This document shows positions 12,901 through 24,900 of a stretch of DNA of 53,445 bases, in pieces. The notes beneath the pieces are model-generated. The model searched no databases. It was not told the origin of the DNA and saw only the letters and a program-made list of their open reading frames with translations. The DNA is from Eledone cirrhosa (Eukaryota). The position numbers and the translations under genes are program-made. Location of the stretch: contig CAXHJY010001341.1 in the NCBI GenBank assembly GCA_964016885.1, positions 1 through 53,445 on the forward strand. The letters are read 5' to 3'. Position 1 is the stretch's first letter, and each line of letters starts with the position of its first letter.

Positions 12901-15900
12901 TTCTGTTGTTGTTGGTAGTGTTGGTTCTGTTGTTGTTGGTAGTGTAGGTTCTGTTGTTGTTGTTGGTAGTGTTGGCTCTGTGGTTGTTGGTAGTGTTGGT
13001 TCTGTTGTTGTTGGTAGTGTAGGTTCTGTTGTTGTTGTTGGTAGTGTTGGTTCTGTTGTTGTTGGTAGTGTTGGTTCTGTTGTTGTTGTTGATATTTTAG
13101 GTTCTGTTGTTGTTGTTGGTAGTGTTGGTTCTGTTGTTGTTGTTGGTAGTGTTGGTTCTGTTTTTGTTGGTAGTGTAGGTTCTGTGGTTGTTGTTGGTAG
13201 TGTAGGTTCTGTTGTTGTTGGTAGTGTTGGTTCTGTGGTTGTTGGTAGTGTTGGTTCTGTTGTTGTTGGTAGTGTTGGTTCTGTTGTTGTTGTTGGTAGT
13301 GTTGGTTCGGTTGTTGTTGGTAGTGTTGGTTCTGTTGTTGTTGGTAGTGTTGGTTCTGTTGTTGTTGGTAGTGTTGGTTCTGCTGTTGTTGTTGGTAGTG
13401 TTGGTTCTGTTGTTGTTGTTGGTAGTGTTGGTTCTGTTGTTGTTGGGAGTGTTGGTTCTGTTGTTGTTGGTAGTGTAGTTTCTGTTGTTGTTGTTGGTAG
13501 TGTTGGTTCTGTTGTTGTTGGTAGTGTTGGTTCTGTTGTTGTTGGTAGTGTTGGTTCTGTTGTTGTTGTTGGTAGTGTTGGTTCTGTTGTTGTTGGTAGT
13601 GTAGGTTCTGTTGTTGTTGGTAGTGTTGGTTCTGTTGTTGTTGGTAGTTTTGGTTCTGTTGTTGTTGGTAGTGCTGCCTCTGTTGTTGGTGTTGGTAGTG
13701 TTGGTTCTGTTGTTGTTGGTAGTGTTGGTTCTGTTGTTGTTGGTAGTGTTGGTTCTGTTGTTGTTGGTAGTGTAGGTTCTGTTGTTGTTGTTGGTAGTGT
13801 TGGTTCTGTTGTTGTTGGTAGTGTAGGTTCTGTTGTTGTTGTTGGTAGTGTTGGTTCTGTTGTTGTTGGTAGTGTTGGTTCTGTTGTTGTTGTTGATATT
13901 TTAGGTTCTGTTGTTGTTGTTGGTAGTGTTGGTTCTGTTGTTGTTTTTGGTAGTGTTGGTTCTGTTGTTGTTGGTAGTGTAGGTTCTGTGGTTGTTGTTG
14001 GTAGTGTAGGTTCTGTTGTTGTTGGTAGTATTGGTTCTGTGGTTGTTGGTAGTGTTGGTTCTGTTGTTGTTGGTAGTGTAGGTTCTGTTGTTGTTGTTGG
14101 TAGTGTTGGTTCTGTTGTTGTTGGTAGTGTAGGTTCTGTTGTTGTTGTTAGTGTAGGTTCTGTTGTTGTTGGTAGTGTTGGTTCTGTTGTTGGTGGTAGT
14201 GTTGGCTCTGTTGTTGTTGTTGGTAGTGTTGTTTCTGTTGTTGTTGGTAGTGTTGGTTCTGTTGTTGTTGGTAGTGTAGGTTCTGTGGCTGTTGTTGGTA
14301 GTGTTGGTTCTGTTGCTGGTGGTAGTGTTGGTTCTATTGTTGTTGGTAGTGTAGGTTCTGTTGTTGTTGTTGGTAGTGTTGGTTCTGTTGTTGTTGGTAG
14401 TGTAGGTTCTGTTGTTGTTGGTAGTGTTGGTTCTCTTTCTGTCGGTAGTGTAGGTTCTGTTGTTGTTGTTGGTAGTGTTGGTTCTGTTGTTGTTGGTAGT
14501 GTTGGTTCTGTTGTTGTTGGTAGTGTAGGTTCTGTTGTTGTTGGTAGTGTAGGTTCTGTTGTTGTTTTTGGTAGTGTTGGTTCTGTTGTTGTTGGTAGTG
14601 TTGGTTCTGTTGTTGTTGGTAGTGTTGGTTCTGTTGTTGTTGGTAGTGTTGGTTCTGTTGTTGTTGGTAGTGTTGGTTTTGTTGTTGTTGTTGGTAGTGT
14701 TGGTTCTGTTGTTGTTTGTAGTGTTGGTTCTGTTGTTGTTGTTGGTAGTGTTGGTTCTGTTGTTGTTTTTAGTGTTGGTTCTGTTGTTGTTGGTAGTTTG
14801 GTTTCTGTTGTTGTTGGCAGTGTTGGTTCTGTTGTTGTTGGTAGTGTTGGTTCTGTTGTTGTTGGTAGTGTTGGTTCTGCTGTTGTTGTTGGTAGTGTTG
14901 GTTCTGTTGTTGTTGGTAGTGTTGGTTCTGTTGTTGTTGGTAGTGTTGGTTCTGTTGTTGTTGGTAGTGTTGGTTCTGTTGCTGTTGTTGGTAGTGTTGG
15001 TTCTGTTGTTGTTGGTAGTGTAGGTTCTGTTGTTGTTGTTGGTAGTGTTGGTTCTGTTGTTGTTGGTAGTGTTGGTTCTGTTGTTGTTGGTAGTGTTGGT
15101 TCTGTTGTTGTTGTTGTTGGTAGTGTTGGTTCTGTTGTTGTTGGTAGTGTTGGTTCTGTTGTTGTTGGTAGTGTTGGTTCTGTTGTTGTTGGTAGTGATG
15201 GTTCTATTGTTGTTGGTAGTGTTGGTTCTGTTGTTGTTGTTGGTTGTGTTGGTTCTGTTGTTGTTGGTAGTGTTGGTTCTGTTGTTGTTGTTGGTAGTGT
15301 TTGTTCTGTTGTTGTAGGTAGTGTTGGTTCTGTTGTTGTTGGTAGTGTAGGTTCTGTTGTTGTTGATAGTGTTGGTTCTGTTGTTGTTGGTAGTGTTGGT
15401 TCTGTTGTTGGTAGTATACGTTCTGTTGTTGTTGTTGGTAGTGTTGGTTCTGTTGTTGTTGGTAGTGTAGGTTCTGTTGTTGTTGGTAGTGTTGGTTCTG
15501 TTGTTGTTGGTAGTGTAGGTTCTGTTGTTGTTGGTAGGATTGGTTCTGTTGTTGTTGGTAGTGTTGGTTCTGTTGTTGGTAGTGTTGGTTCTGTTGTTGT
15601 TGGTAGTTTAGGTTCTATTGTTGTTGTTGGTAGTGTTGGTTCTGTTGTTGTTGGTAGTGTTGGTTCTGTTGTTGTTGGTAGTGTTGGTTCTGTTGTTGTT
15701 GGTAGTGTTGGTTCTGTTGTTGTTGTTGGTAGTGTTGGTTCTGTTGTTGTTGGTAGTGTAGGTTCTGTTGTTTTTGTTGGTAGTGTTGGTTCTGTTGTTG
15801 ATGGTAGTGTTGGTTCTGTTGTTGTTGGTAGTGTTGGTTCTGTTGTTGTTGTTGGTAGTGTTGGTTCTGTTGTTGTTGGTAGTGTTGGTTCTGTTGTTGT

Positions 15901-18900
15901 TGGTAGTGTTGGTTCTGTTGTTGTTGGTAGTGTTGGTTCTGTTGCTGTTGTTGGTAGTGTTGGTTCTGTTGTTGTTGGTAGTGTAGGTTCTGTTGTTGTT
16001 GTTGGTAGTGTTGGTTCTGTTGTTGTTGGTAGTGTTGGTTCTGTTGTTGTTGGTAGTGTTGGTTCTGTTGTTGTTGTTGTTGGTAGTGTTGGTTCTGTTG
16101 TTGTTGGTAGTGTTGGTTCTGTTGTTGTTGGTAGTGTTGGTTCTGTTGTTGTTGGTAGTGATGGTTCTATTGTTGTTGGTAGTGTTGGTTCTGTTGTTGT
16201 TGTTGGTTGTGTTGGTTCTGTTGTTGTTGGTAGTGTTGGTTCTGTTGTTGTTGTTGGTAGTGTTTGTTCTGTTGTTGTAGGTAGTGTTGGTTCTGTTGTT
16301 GTTGGTAGTGTAGGTTCTGTTGTTGTTGATAGTGTTGGTTCTGTTGTTGTTGGTAGTGTTGGTTCTGTTGTTGGTAGTATACGTTCTGTTGTTGTTGTTG
16401 GTAGTGTTGGTTCTGTTGTTGTTGGTAGTGTAGGTTCTGTTGTTGTTGGTAGTGTTGGTTCTGTTGTTGTTGGTAGTGTAGGTTCTGTTGTTGTTGGTAG
16501 GATTGGTTCTGTTGTTGTTGGTAGTGTTGGTTCTGTTGTTGGTAGTGTTGGTTCTGTTGTTGTTGGTAGTTTAGGTTCTATTGTTGTTGTTGGTAGTGTT
16601 GGTTCTGTTGTTGTTGGTAGTGTTGGTTCTGTTGTTGTTGGTAGTGTTGGTTCTGTTGTTGTTGGTAGTGTTGGTTCTGTTGTTGTTGTTGGTAGTGTTG
16701 GTTCTGTTGTTGTTGGTAGTGTAGGTTCTGTTGTTTTTGTTGGTAGTGTTGGTTCTGTTGTTGATGGTAGTGTTGGTTCTGTTGTTGTTGGTAGTGTTGG
16801 TTCTGTTGTTGTTGTTGGTAGTGTTGGTTCGGTTGTTGTTGGTAGTGTTGGTTCTGTTGTTGTTGGTAGTGTTGGTTCTGTTGTTGTTGTTGGTAGTGTT
16901 GGTTCGGTTGTTGTTGGTAGTGTTGGTTCTGTTGTTGTTGGTAGTGTTGGTTCTGTTGTTGTTGGTAGTGTTGGTTCTGTTGTTGTTGGTAGTGTAGGTT
17001 CTGTTGTTGTTGGTAGTGTTGGTTCTGTTGTTGTTGTTGTTCGTGTTGGTTCGGTTTTTGTTGGTAGTGTTGGTTCTGTTGTTGTTGGTAGTGTTGGTTC
17101 TGTTGTTGTTGGTAGTGTTGGTTCTGTTGTTGTTGGTAGTGTAGGTTCTGTTTTTGTTGGTAGTGTTGGTTCTGTTGTTGTTGGTAGTGTTGGTCCTGTT
17201 GTTGTTGGTAGTGTAGGTTCTGATGTTGTTGTTGGTAGTGTTGGTTCTGTTGTTGTTGGTAGTGTAGGTTCTGTTGTTGTTGTTGGTAGTGTTGGTTCTT
17301 TTGTTGTTGGTAGTGTAGGTTCTGTTGTTGTTGGTAGTGTTGGTTTTGTTGTTGTTGCTAGTGTTGGTTCTGTTGTTGTTGGTAGTGTTGGTTCTGTTGT
17401 TGTTGGTAGTGTTGGTTCTGTTGTTGTTGTTGGTAGTGTTGGTTCGGTTGTTGTTGGTAGTGTTGGTTCTGTTGTTGTTGGTAGTGTTGGTTCTGTTGTT
17501 GTTGGTAGTGTTGGTTCTGTTGTTGTTGGTAGTGTAGGTTCTGTTGTTGTTGGTAGTGTTGGTTCTGTTGTTGTTGTTGGTAGTGTTGGTTCGGTTGTTG
17601 TTGGTAGTGTTGGTTCTGTTGTTGTTGGTAGTGTTGGTTCTGTTGTTGTTGGTAGTGTTGGTTCTGTTGTTGTTGGTAGTGTAGGTTCTGTTGTTGTTGG
17701 TAGTGTTGGTTCTGTTGTTGTTGGTAGTGTTGGTCCTGTTGTTGTTGGTAGTGTAGGTTCTGTTGTTGTTGTTGGTAGTGTTGGTTCTGTTGTTGTTGGT
17801 AGTGTAGGTTCTGTTGTTGTTGTTGGTAGTGTTGGTTCTTTTGTTGTTGGTAGTGTAGGTTCTGTTGTTGTTGGTAGTGTTGGTTTTGTTGTTGTTGGTA
17901 GTGTTGGTTCTGTTGTTGTTGGTAATGTTGGTTCTGTTGTTGTTGGTAGTGTTGGTTCTGCTGTTGTTGTTGGTAGTGTTGGTTCTGTTGTTGTTGTTGG
18001 TAGTGTTGGTTCTGTTGTTGTTGGTAGTGTTGGTTCTGTTGTTGTTGGTAGTGTAGGTTCTGTTGTTGTTGTTGGTAGTGTTGGTTCTGTTGTTGTTGGT
18101 AGTGTTGGTTCTGTTGTTGTTGGTAGTGTTGGTTCTGTTGTTGTTGTTGGTAGTGTAGGTTCTGTTGTTGTTGGTAGTGTTGGTTCTGTTGTTGTTGGTA
18201 GTGTTGGTTCTGTTGTTGTTGGTAGTGCTGCCTCTGTTGTTGGTGTTGGTAGTGTTGGTTCTGTTGTTGTTGGTAGTGTTGGTTCTGTTGTTGTTGGTAG
18301 TGTTGGTTCTGTTGTTGTTGGTAGTGTTGGTTCTGTTGTTGTTGGTAGTGCTGCCTCTGTTGTTGGTGTTGGTAGTGTTGGTTCTGTTGTTGTTGGTAGT
18401 GTTGGTTCTGTTGTTGTTGGTAGTGTTGGTTCTGTTGTTGTTGGTAGTGTAGGTTCTGTTGTTGTTGTTGGTAGTGTTGGTTCTGTGGTTGTTGGTAGTG
18501 TTGGTTCTGTTGTTGTTGGTAGTGTAGGTTCTGTTGTTGTTGTTGGTAGTGTTGGTTCTGTTGTTGTTGGTAGTGTTGGTTCTGTTGTTGTTGTTGATAT
18601 TTTAGGTTCTGTTGTTGTTGTTGGTAGTGTTGGTTCTGTTGTTGTTTTTGGTAGTGTTGGTTCTGTTGTTGTTGGTAGTGTAGGTTCTGTGGTTGTTGTT
18701 GGTAGTGTAGGTTCTGTTGACGTTGGTAGTATTGGTTCTGTGGTTGTTGGTAGTGTTGGTTCTGTTGTTGTTGGTAGTGTAGGTTCTGTTGTTGTTGTTG
18801 GTAGTGTTGGTTCTGTTGTTGTTGGTAGTGTAGGTTCTGTTGTTGTTGTTAGTGTAGGTTCTGTTGTTGTTGGTAGTGTTGGTTCTGTTGTTGGTGGTAG

Positions 18901-21900
18901 TGTTGGCTCTGTTGTTGTTGTTGGTAGTGTTGGTTCTGTTGTTGTTGGTAGTGTTGGTTCTGTTGTTGTTGGTAGTGTAGGTTCTGTGGCTGTTGTTGGT
19001 AGTGTTGGTTCTGTTGTTGTTGGTAGTGTTGGTTCTATTGTTGTTGGTAGTGTAGGTTCTGTTGTTGTTGTTGGTAGTGTTGGTTCTGTTGTTGTTGGTA
19101 GTGTAGGTTCTGTTGTTGTTGGTAGTGTTGGTTCTCTTTCTGTCGGTAGTGTAGGTTCTGTTGTTGTTGTTGGTAGTGTTGGTTCTGTTGTTGTTGGTAG
19201 TGTTGGTTCTGTTGTTGTTGGTAGTGTAGGTTCTGTTGTTGTTGGTAGTGTAGGTTCTGTTGTTGTTTTTGGTAGTGTTGGTTCTGTTGTTGTTGGTAGT
19301 GTTGGTTCTGTTGTTGTTGGTAGTGTTGGTTCTGTTGTTGTTGGTAGTGTTGGTTCTGTTGTTGTTGGTAGTGTTGGTTTTGTTGTTGTTGTTGGTAGTG
19401 TTGGTTCTGTTGTTGTTTGTAGTGTTGGTTCTGTTGTTGTTGTTGGTAGTGTTGGTTCTGTTGTTGTTTTTAGTGTTGGTTCTGTTGTTGTTGGTAGTTT
19501 GGTTTCTGTTTTTGTTGGCAGTGTTGGTTCTGTTGTTGTTGGTAGTGTTGGTTCTGTTGTTGTTGGTAGTGTTGGCTCTGCTGTTGTTGTTGGTAGTGTT
19601 GGTTCTGTTGTTGTTGGTAGTGTTGGTTCTGTTGTTGTTGGTAGTGTTGGTTCTGTTGTTGTTGGTAGTGTTGGTTCTGTTGTTGTTGTTGGTAGTGTTG
19701 GTTCTGTTGTTGTTGGTAGTGTAGGTTCTGTTGTTGTTGTTGGTAGTGTTGGTTCTGTTGTTGTTGGTAGTGTTGGTTCTGTTGTTGTTGGTAGTGTTGG
19801 TTCTGTTGTTGTTGTTGTTGGTAGTGTTGGTTCTGTTGTTGTTGGTAGTGTTGTTTCTGTTGTTGTTGGTAGTGTTGGTTCTGTTGTTGTTGGTAGTGAT
19901 GGTTCTATTGTTGTTGGTAGTGTTGGTTCTGTTGTTGTTGTTGGTTGTGTTGGTTCTGTTGTTGTTGGTAGTGTTGGTTCTGTTGTTGTTGTTGGTAGTG
20001 TTTGTTCTGTTGTTGTAGGTAGTGTTGGTTCTGTTGTTGTTGGTAGTGTAGGTTCTGTTGTTGTTGATAGTGTTGGTTCTGTTGTTGTTGGTAGTGTTGG
20101 TTCTGTTGTTGGTAGTTTACGTTCTGTTGTTGTTGTTGGTAGTGTTGGTTCTGTTGTTGTTGGTAGTGTAGGTTCTGTTGTTGTTGGTAGGATTGGTTCT
20201 GTTGTTTTTGGTAGTGTTGGTTCTGTTGTTGGTAGTGTTGGTTCTGTTGTTGTTGGTAGTTTAGGTTCTATTGTTGTTGTTGGTAGTGTTGGTTCTGTTG
20301 TTGTTGGTAGTGTTGGTTCTGTTGTTGTTGGTAGTGTTGGTTCTGTTGTTGTTTGTAGTGTTGGTTCTGTTGTTGTTGTTGGTAGTGTTGGTTCTGTTGT
20401 TGTTGGTAGTGTAGGTTCTGTTGTTTTTGTTGGTAGTGTTGGTTCTGTTGTTGTTGGTAGTGTTGGTTCTGTTGTTGTTGGTAGTGTTGGTTCTGTTGTT
20501 GTTGTTGGTAGTGTTGGTTCGGTTGTTGTTGGTAGTGTTGGTTCTGTTGTTGTTGGTAGTGTTGGTTCTGTTGTTGTTGTTGGTAGTGTTGGTTCTGTTG
20601 TTGTTGGTAGTGTTGGTTCTGTTGTTGTTGGTAGTGTTGGTTCTGTTGTTGTTGGTAGTGTTTGTTCTGTTGTTGGTAGTGTAGGTTCTGTTGTTGTTGG
20701 TAGTGTTGGTTCTGTTGTTGTTGTTGTTCGTGTTGGTTCGGTTTTTGTTGGTAGTGTTGGTTCTGTTGTTGTTGGTAGTGTTGGTTCTGTTGTTGTTGGT
20801 AGTGTTGGTTCTGTTGTTGTTGGTAGTGTAGGTTCTGTTTTTGTTGGTAGTGTTGGTTCTGTTGTTGTTGGTAGTGTTGGTCCTGTTGTTGTTGTTAGTG
20901 TAGGTTCTGATGTTGTTGTTGGTAGTGTTGGTTCTGTTGTTGTTGGTAGTGTAGGTTCTGTTGTTGTTGTTGGTAGTGTTGGTTCTTTTGTTGTTGGTAG
21001 TGTAGGTTCTGTTGTTGTTGGTAGTGTTGGTTTTGTTGTTGTTGCTAGTGTTGGTTCTGTTGTTGTTGGTAGTGTTGGTTCTGTTGTTGTTGGTAGTGTT
21101 GATTCTGCTGTTGTTGTTGGTAGTGTTGGTTCTGTTGTTGTTGTTGGTAGTGTTGGTTCTGTTGTTGTTGGTAGTGTTGCTTCTGTTTTTGTTGGTAGTG
21201 TAGGTTCTGTTGTTGTTGTTGGTAGTGTTGGTTCTGTTGTTGTTGGTAGTGTTGGTTCTGTTGTTGTTGGTAGTGTTGGTTCTGTTGTTGTTGTTGTTGT
21301 TGATAGTGTTGCTTCTGTTGTTGTTGGTAGTGTTGGTTCTGTTGTTGTTGGTAGTGTAGGTTCTGTTGTTGTTGGTAGTGTTGGTTCTGTTGTTGTTGGG
21401 AGTGTTGGTTCTGTTGTTGTTGGTAGTGCTGCATCTGTTGTTGGTGTTGGTAGTGTTGGTTCTGTTGTTGTTGGTAGTGTTGGTTCTGTTGTTGTTGGTA
21501 GTGTTGGTTCTGTTGTTGTTGGTAGTGTTGGTTCTGTTGTTGTTGTTGGTAGTGTTGGTTCTGTGGTTGTTGGTAGTGTTGGTTCTGTTGTTGTTGGTAG
21601 TGTTGGTTCTGTTGTTGTTGGTAGCGTAGGTTCTGTTGTTGTTGTTGTTAGTGTTGGTTCTGTGGTTGTTGGTAGTGTTGGTTCTGTTGTTGTTGGTAGT
21701 GTAGATTCTGTTGTTATTGTTGGTAGTGTTGGTTCTGTTGTTGTTGGTAGTGTTGGTTCTGTTGTTGTTGTTGATATTTTAGGTTCTGTTGTTGTTGTTG
21801 GTAGTGTTGGTTCTGTTGTTGTTGTTGGTAGTGTTGGTTCTGTTGTTGTTGGTAGTGTAGGTTCTGTGGTTGTTGTTGGTAGTGTAGGTTCTGTTGTTGT

Positions 21901-24900
21901 TGGTAGTGTTGGTTCTGTGGTTGTTGGTAGTGTTGGTTCTGTTGTTGTTGGTAGTGTAGGTTCTGTTGTTGTTGTTGGTAGTGTTGGTTCTGTGGTTGTT
22001 GGTAGTGTTGGTTCTGTTGTTGTTGGTAGTGTTGGTTCTGTTGTTGTTGGTAGTGTTGGTTCTGTTGTTGTTGTTGGTAGTGTTGGTTCTGTGGTTGTTG
22101 GTAGTGTTGGTTCTGTTGTTGTTGGTAGTGTTGGTTCTGTTGTTGTTGGTAGCGTAGGTTCTGTTGTTGTTGTTGGTAGTGTTGGTTCTGTGGTTGTTGG
22201 TAGTGTTGGTTCTGTTGTTGTTGGTAGTGTAGATTCTGTTGTTGTTGTTGGTAGTGTTGGTTCTGTTGTTGTTGGTAGTGTTGGTTCTGTTGTTGTTGTT
22301 GTTGATATTTTAGGTTCTCTTGTTGTTGTTGTTAGTGTTGGTTCTGTTGTTGTTGTTGGTAGTGTTGGTTCTGTTGTTGTTGGTAGTGTAGGTTCTGTGG
22401 TTGTTGTTGGTAGTGTAGGTTCTGTTGTTTTTGGTAGTGTTGGTTCTGTGGTTGTTGGTAGTGTTGGTTCTGTTGTTGTTGGTAGTGTAGGTTCTGTTGT
22501 TGTTGTTGGTAGTGTTGGTTCTGTTGTTGTTGGTAGTGTAGGTTCTGTTGTTGTTGTTATTAGTGTAGGTTCTGTTGTTGTTGGTAGTGTTGGTTCTGTT
22601 GTTGTTGGTAGTGTTGGTTCTGTTGTTGGTGGTAGTGTTGGCTCTGTTGTTGTTGTTGGTAGTGTTGGTTCTGTTGTTGTTGGTAGTGTTGGTTCTGTTG
22701 TTGTTGGTAGTGTAGGTTCTGTGGCTGTTGTTGGTAGTGTTGGTTCTGTTGTTGTTGGTAGTGTTGGTTCTATTGTTGTTGGTAGTGTAGGTTCTGTTGT
22801 TGTTGTTGGTAGTGTTGGTTCTGTTGTTGTTGGTAGTGTTGGTTCTGTTGTTGTTGTTGGTAGTTTAGGTTCTGTTGTTGTTGGTAGTGTTGGTTCTGTT
22901 GTTGTTGGTAGTGTTGGTTCTGTTGTTGTTGGTAGTGTTGGTTCTGTTGTTGTTGTTGGTAGTGTAGGTTCTGTTGTTGTTGTTGGTAGTGTTGGTTCTG
23001 TTGTTGTTGGTAGTGTTGGTTCTGTTGTTGTTGTTGGTAGTGTAGGTTCTGTTGTTGTTGGTAGTGTTGGTTCTGTTGTTGTTGGTAGTGTTGGTTCTGT
23101 TGTTGTTGGTAGTGTTGGTTTTGTTGTTGTTGTTGGTAGTTTAGGTCCTGTTGTTGTTGGTAGTGTTGGTTCTGTTGTTGTTGTTGGTAGTTTAGGTTCT
23201 GTTGTTGTTGGTAGTGTAGGTTCTGTTGTTGTTGTTGGTAGTGTAGGTTCTGTTGTTGTTGGTAGTGTTGGTTCTGTTGTTGTTGGTAGTGTTGGTTCTG
23301 TTGTTGTTGTTGGTAGTTTAGGTTCTCTTGTTATTGGTCGTGTTGGTTCTGTTGTTGTTGTTGGTAGTGTTGGTTCTCTTGTTGTTGGTCGTGTTGGTTC
23401 TGTTGTTGTTGTTGGTAGTGTTGGTTCTGTTGTTGTTGGTCGTGTTGGTTCTGTTGTTGTTGGTAGTGTAGGTTCTGTTGTTGTTGTTGGTAGTGTTGGT
23501 TCAGTTGTTGTTGGTAGTGTTGGTTCTGTTGTTGTTGTTGGTAGTGTAGGTTCTGTTGTTGTTGTTGGTAGTGTTGGTTCTGTTGTTGTTGGTCGTGTTG
23601 GTTCTGTTTTTGTTGGTAGTGTTGGTTCTGTTATTGTTGTTGGTAGTGTTGGTTCTGTTGTTGTTGGTACTGTTGGTTCTGTTGTTGTTGGTAGTGTAGG
23701 TTCTGTTGTTGTTGTTGGTAGTGTTGGGTCTGTTGTTGTTGGTAGTGTTGGTTCTGTTGTTGTTGATGGTAGTGTTAGTTCTGTTGTTGTTGGTAGTGTA
23801 GGTTCTGTTGTTGTTGGTAGTGTTGGTTCTGTTGTTGTTGTTGGTAGTGTTGGTTCTGTTGTTGTTGGTAGTGTTGGTTCTGTTGTTGTTGGTAGTGTTG
23901 GTTCTGTTATAGTTGGTAGTGTTGGTTCTGTTGTTGTTGTTGGTAGTGTTGGTTCAGTTGTTGTTGGTAGTGTTGGTTCTCTTGTTGTTGTTGGTAGTGT
24001 AGGTTCTGTTGTTGTTGTTGGTAGTGTTGGTTCTGTTGTTGTTGGTAGTGTTGGTTCTGTTGTTGTTGTTGGTAGTTTAGGTTCTGTTGTTGTTGCTCGT
24101 GTTGGTTCTGTTGTTGTTGGTAGTGTAGGTTCTGTTGTTGTTGGTAGTGTTGGTTCTGTTGTTGTTGGTAGTGTAGGTTCTGTTGTTGTTGGTAGTGTTG
24201 GTTCTGTTGTTGTTGTTGGTAGTTTAGGTTCTGTTGTTGTTGGTAGTGTAGGTTCTGTTGTTGTTGTTGGTAGTGTTGGTTCTGTTGTTGTTGTTGGTAG
24301 TTTAGGTTCTGTTGTTGTTGGTCGTGTTGGTTCTGTTGTTATTGGTAGTGTAGGTTCTGTTGTTGTTGTTGGTAGTGTTGGTTCTGTTGTTGTTGGTAGT
24401 GTTGGTTCTGTTGTTGGTGTTGGTATTGTTGGTTCTGTTGTTGTTGGTAGTGTAGGTTCTGTTGTTGTTGGTAGTGTTGGTTCTGTTGTTGTTGGTAGTG
24501 TTGGTTCTGTTGTTGTTGGTAGTGTAGGTTCTGTTGTTGTTGGTAGTGTTGGTTCAGTTGTTTTTGGTAGTGTTGGTTCTGTTGTTGTTGTTGGTAGTGT
24601 AGGTTCTGTTGTTGTTGTTGGTAGTGTTGGTTTTGTTGTTGTTGGTAGTGTTGGTTCTGTTGTTGTTGGTAGTGTTGGTTCTGTTGTTGTTGATAGTGTT
24701 GGTTCTGTTGTTGTTGGTAGTGTTGGTTCTGTTGTTTTTATTGGTAGTGTTGGTTCTGTTGTTGTTGGTAGTGTTGGTTCTGTTGTTGTTGGTAGTGTTG
24801 GTTCTGTTGTTGTTGGTAGTGTTGGTTCTGTTGTTGTTGGTAGTGTTGGTCCTGTTGTTTTTGTTGGTAGTGTTGGTTCTGTTGTTGTTGGTAGTGTTGG

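Noticed and set aside
21045-21434. Minus-strand poly-Gln ORF (QQQQNQHY), likewise 45753-46097
   Set aside because: Off-frame reading of the same repeat, with chance ATG and stops from point variants.
24737-24742. AATAAA on the minus strand (also 34289-34294 and 36059-36064)
   Set aside because: They arise from point variants inside the open frame, with no upstream stop and no downstream GU-rich element.
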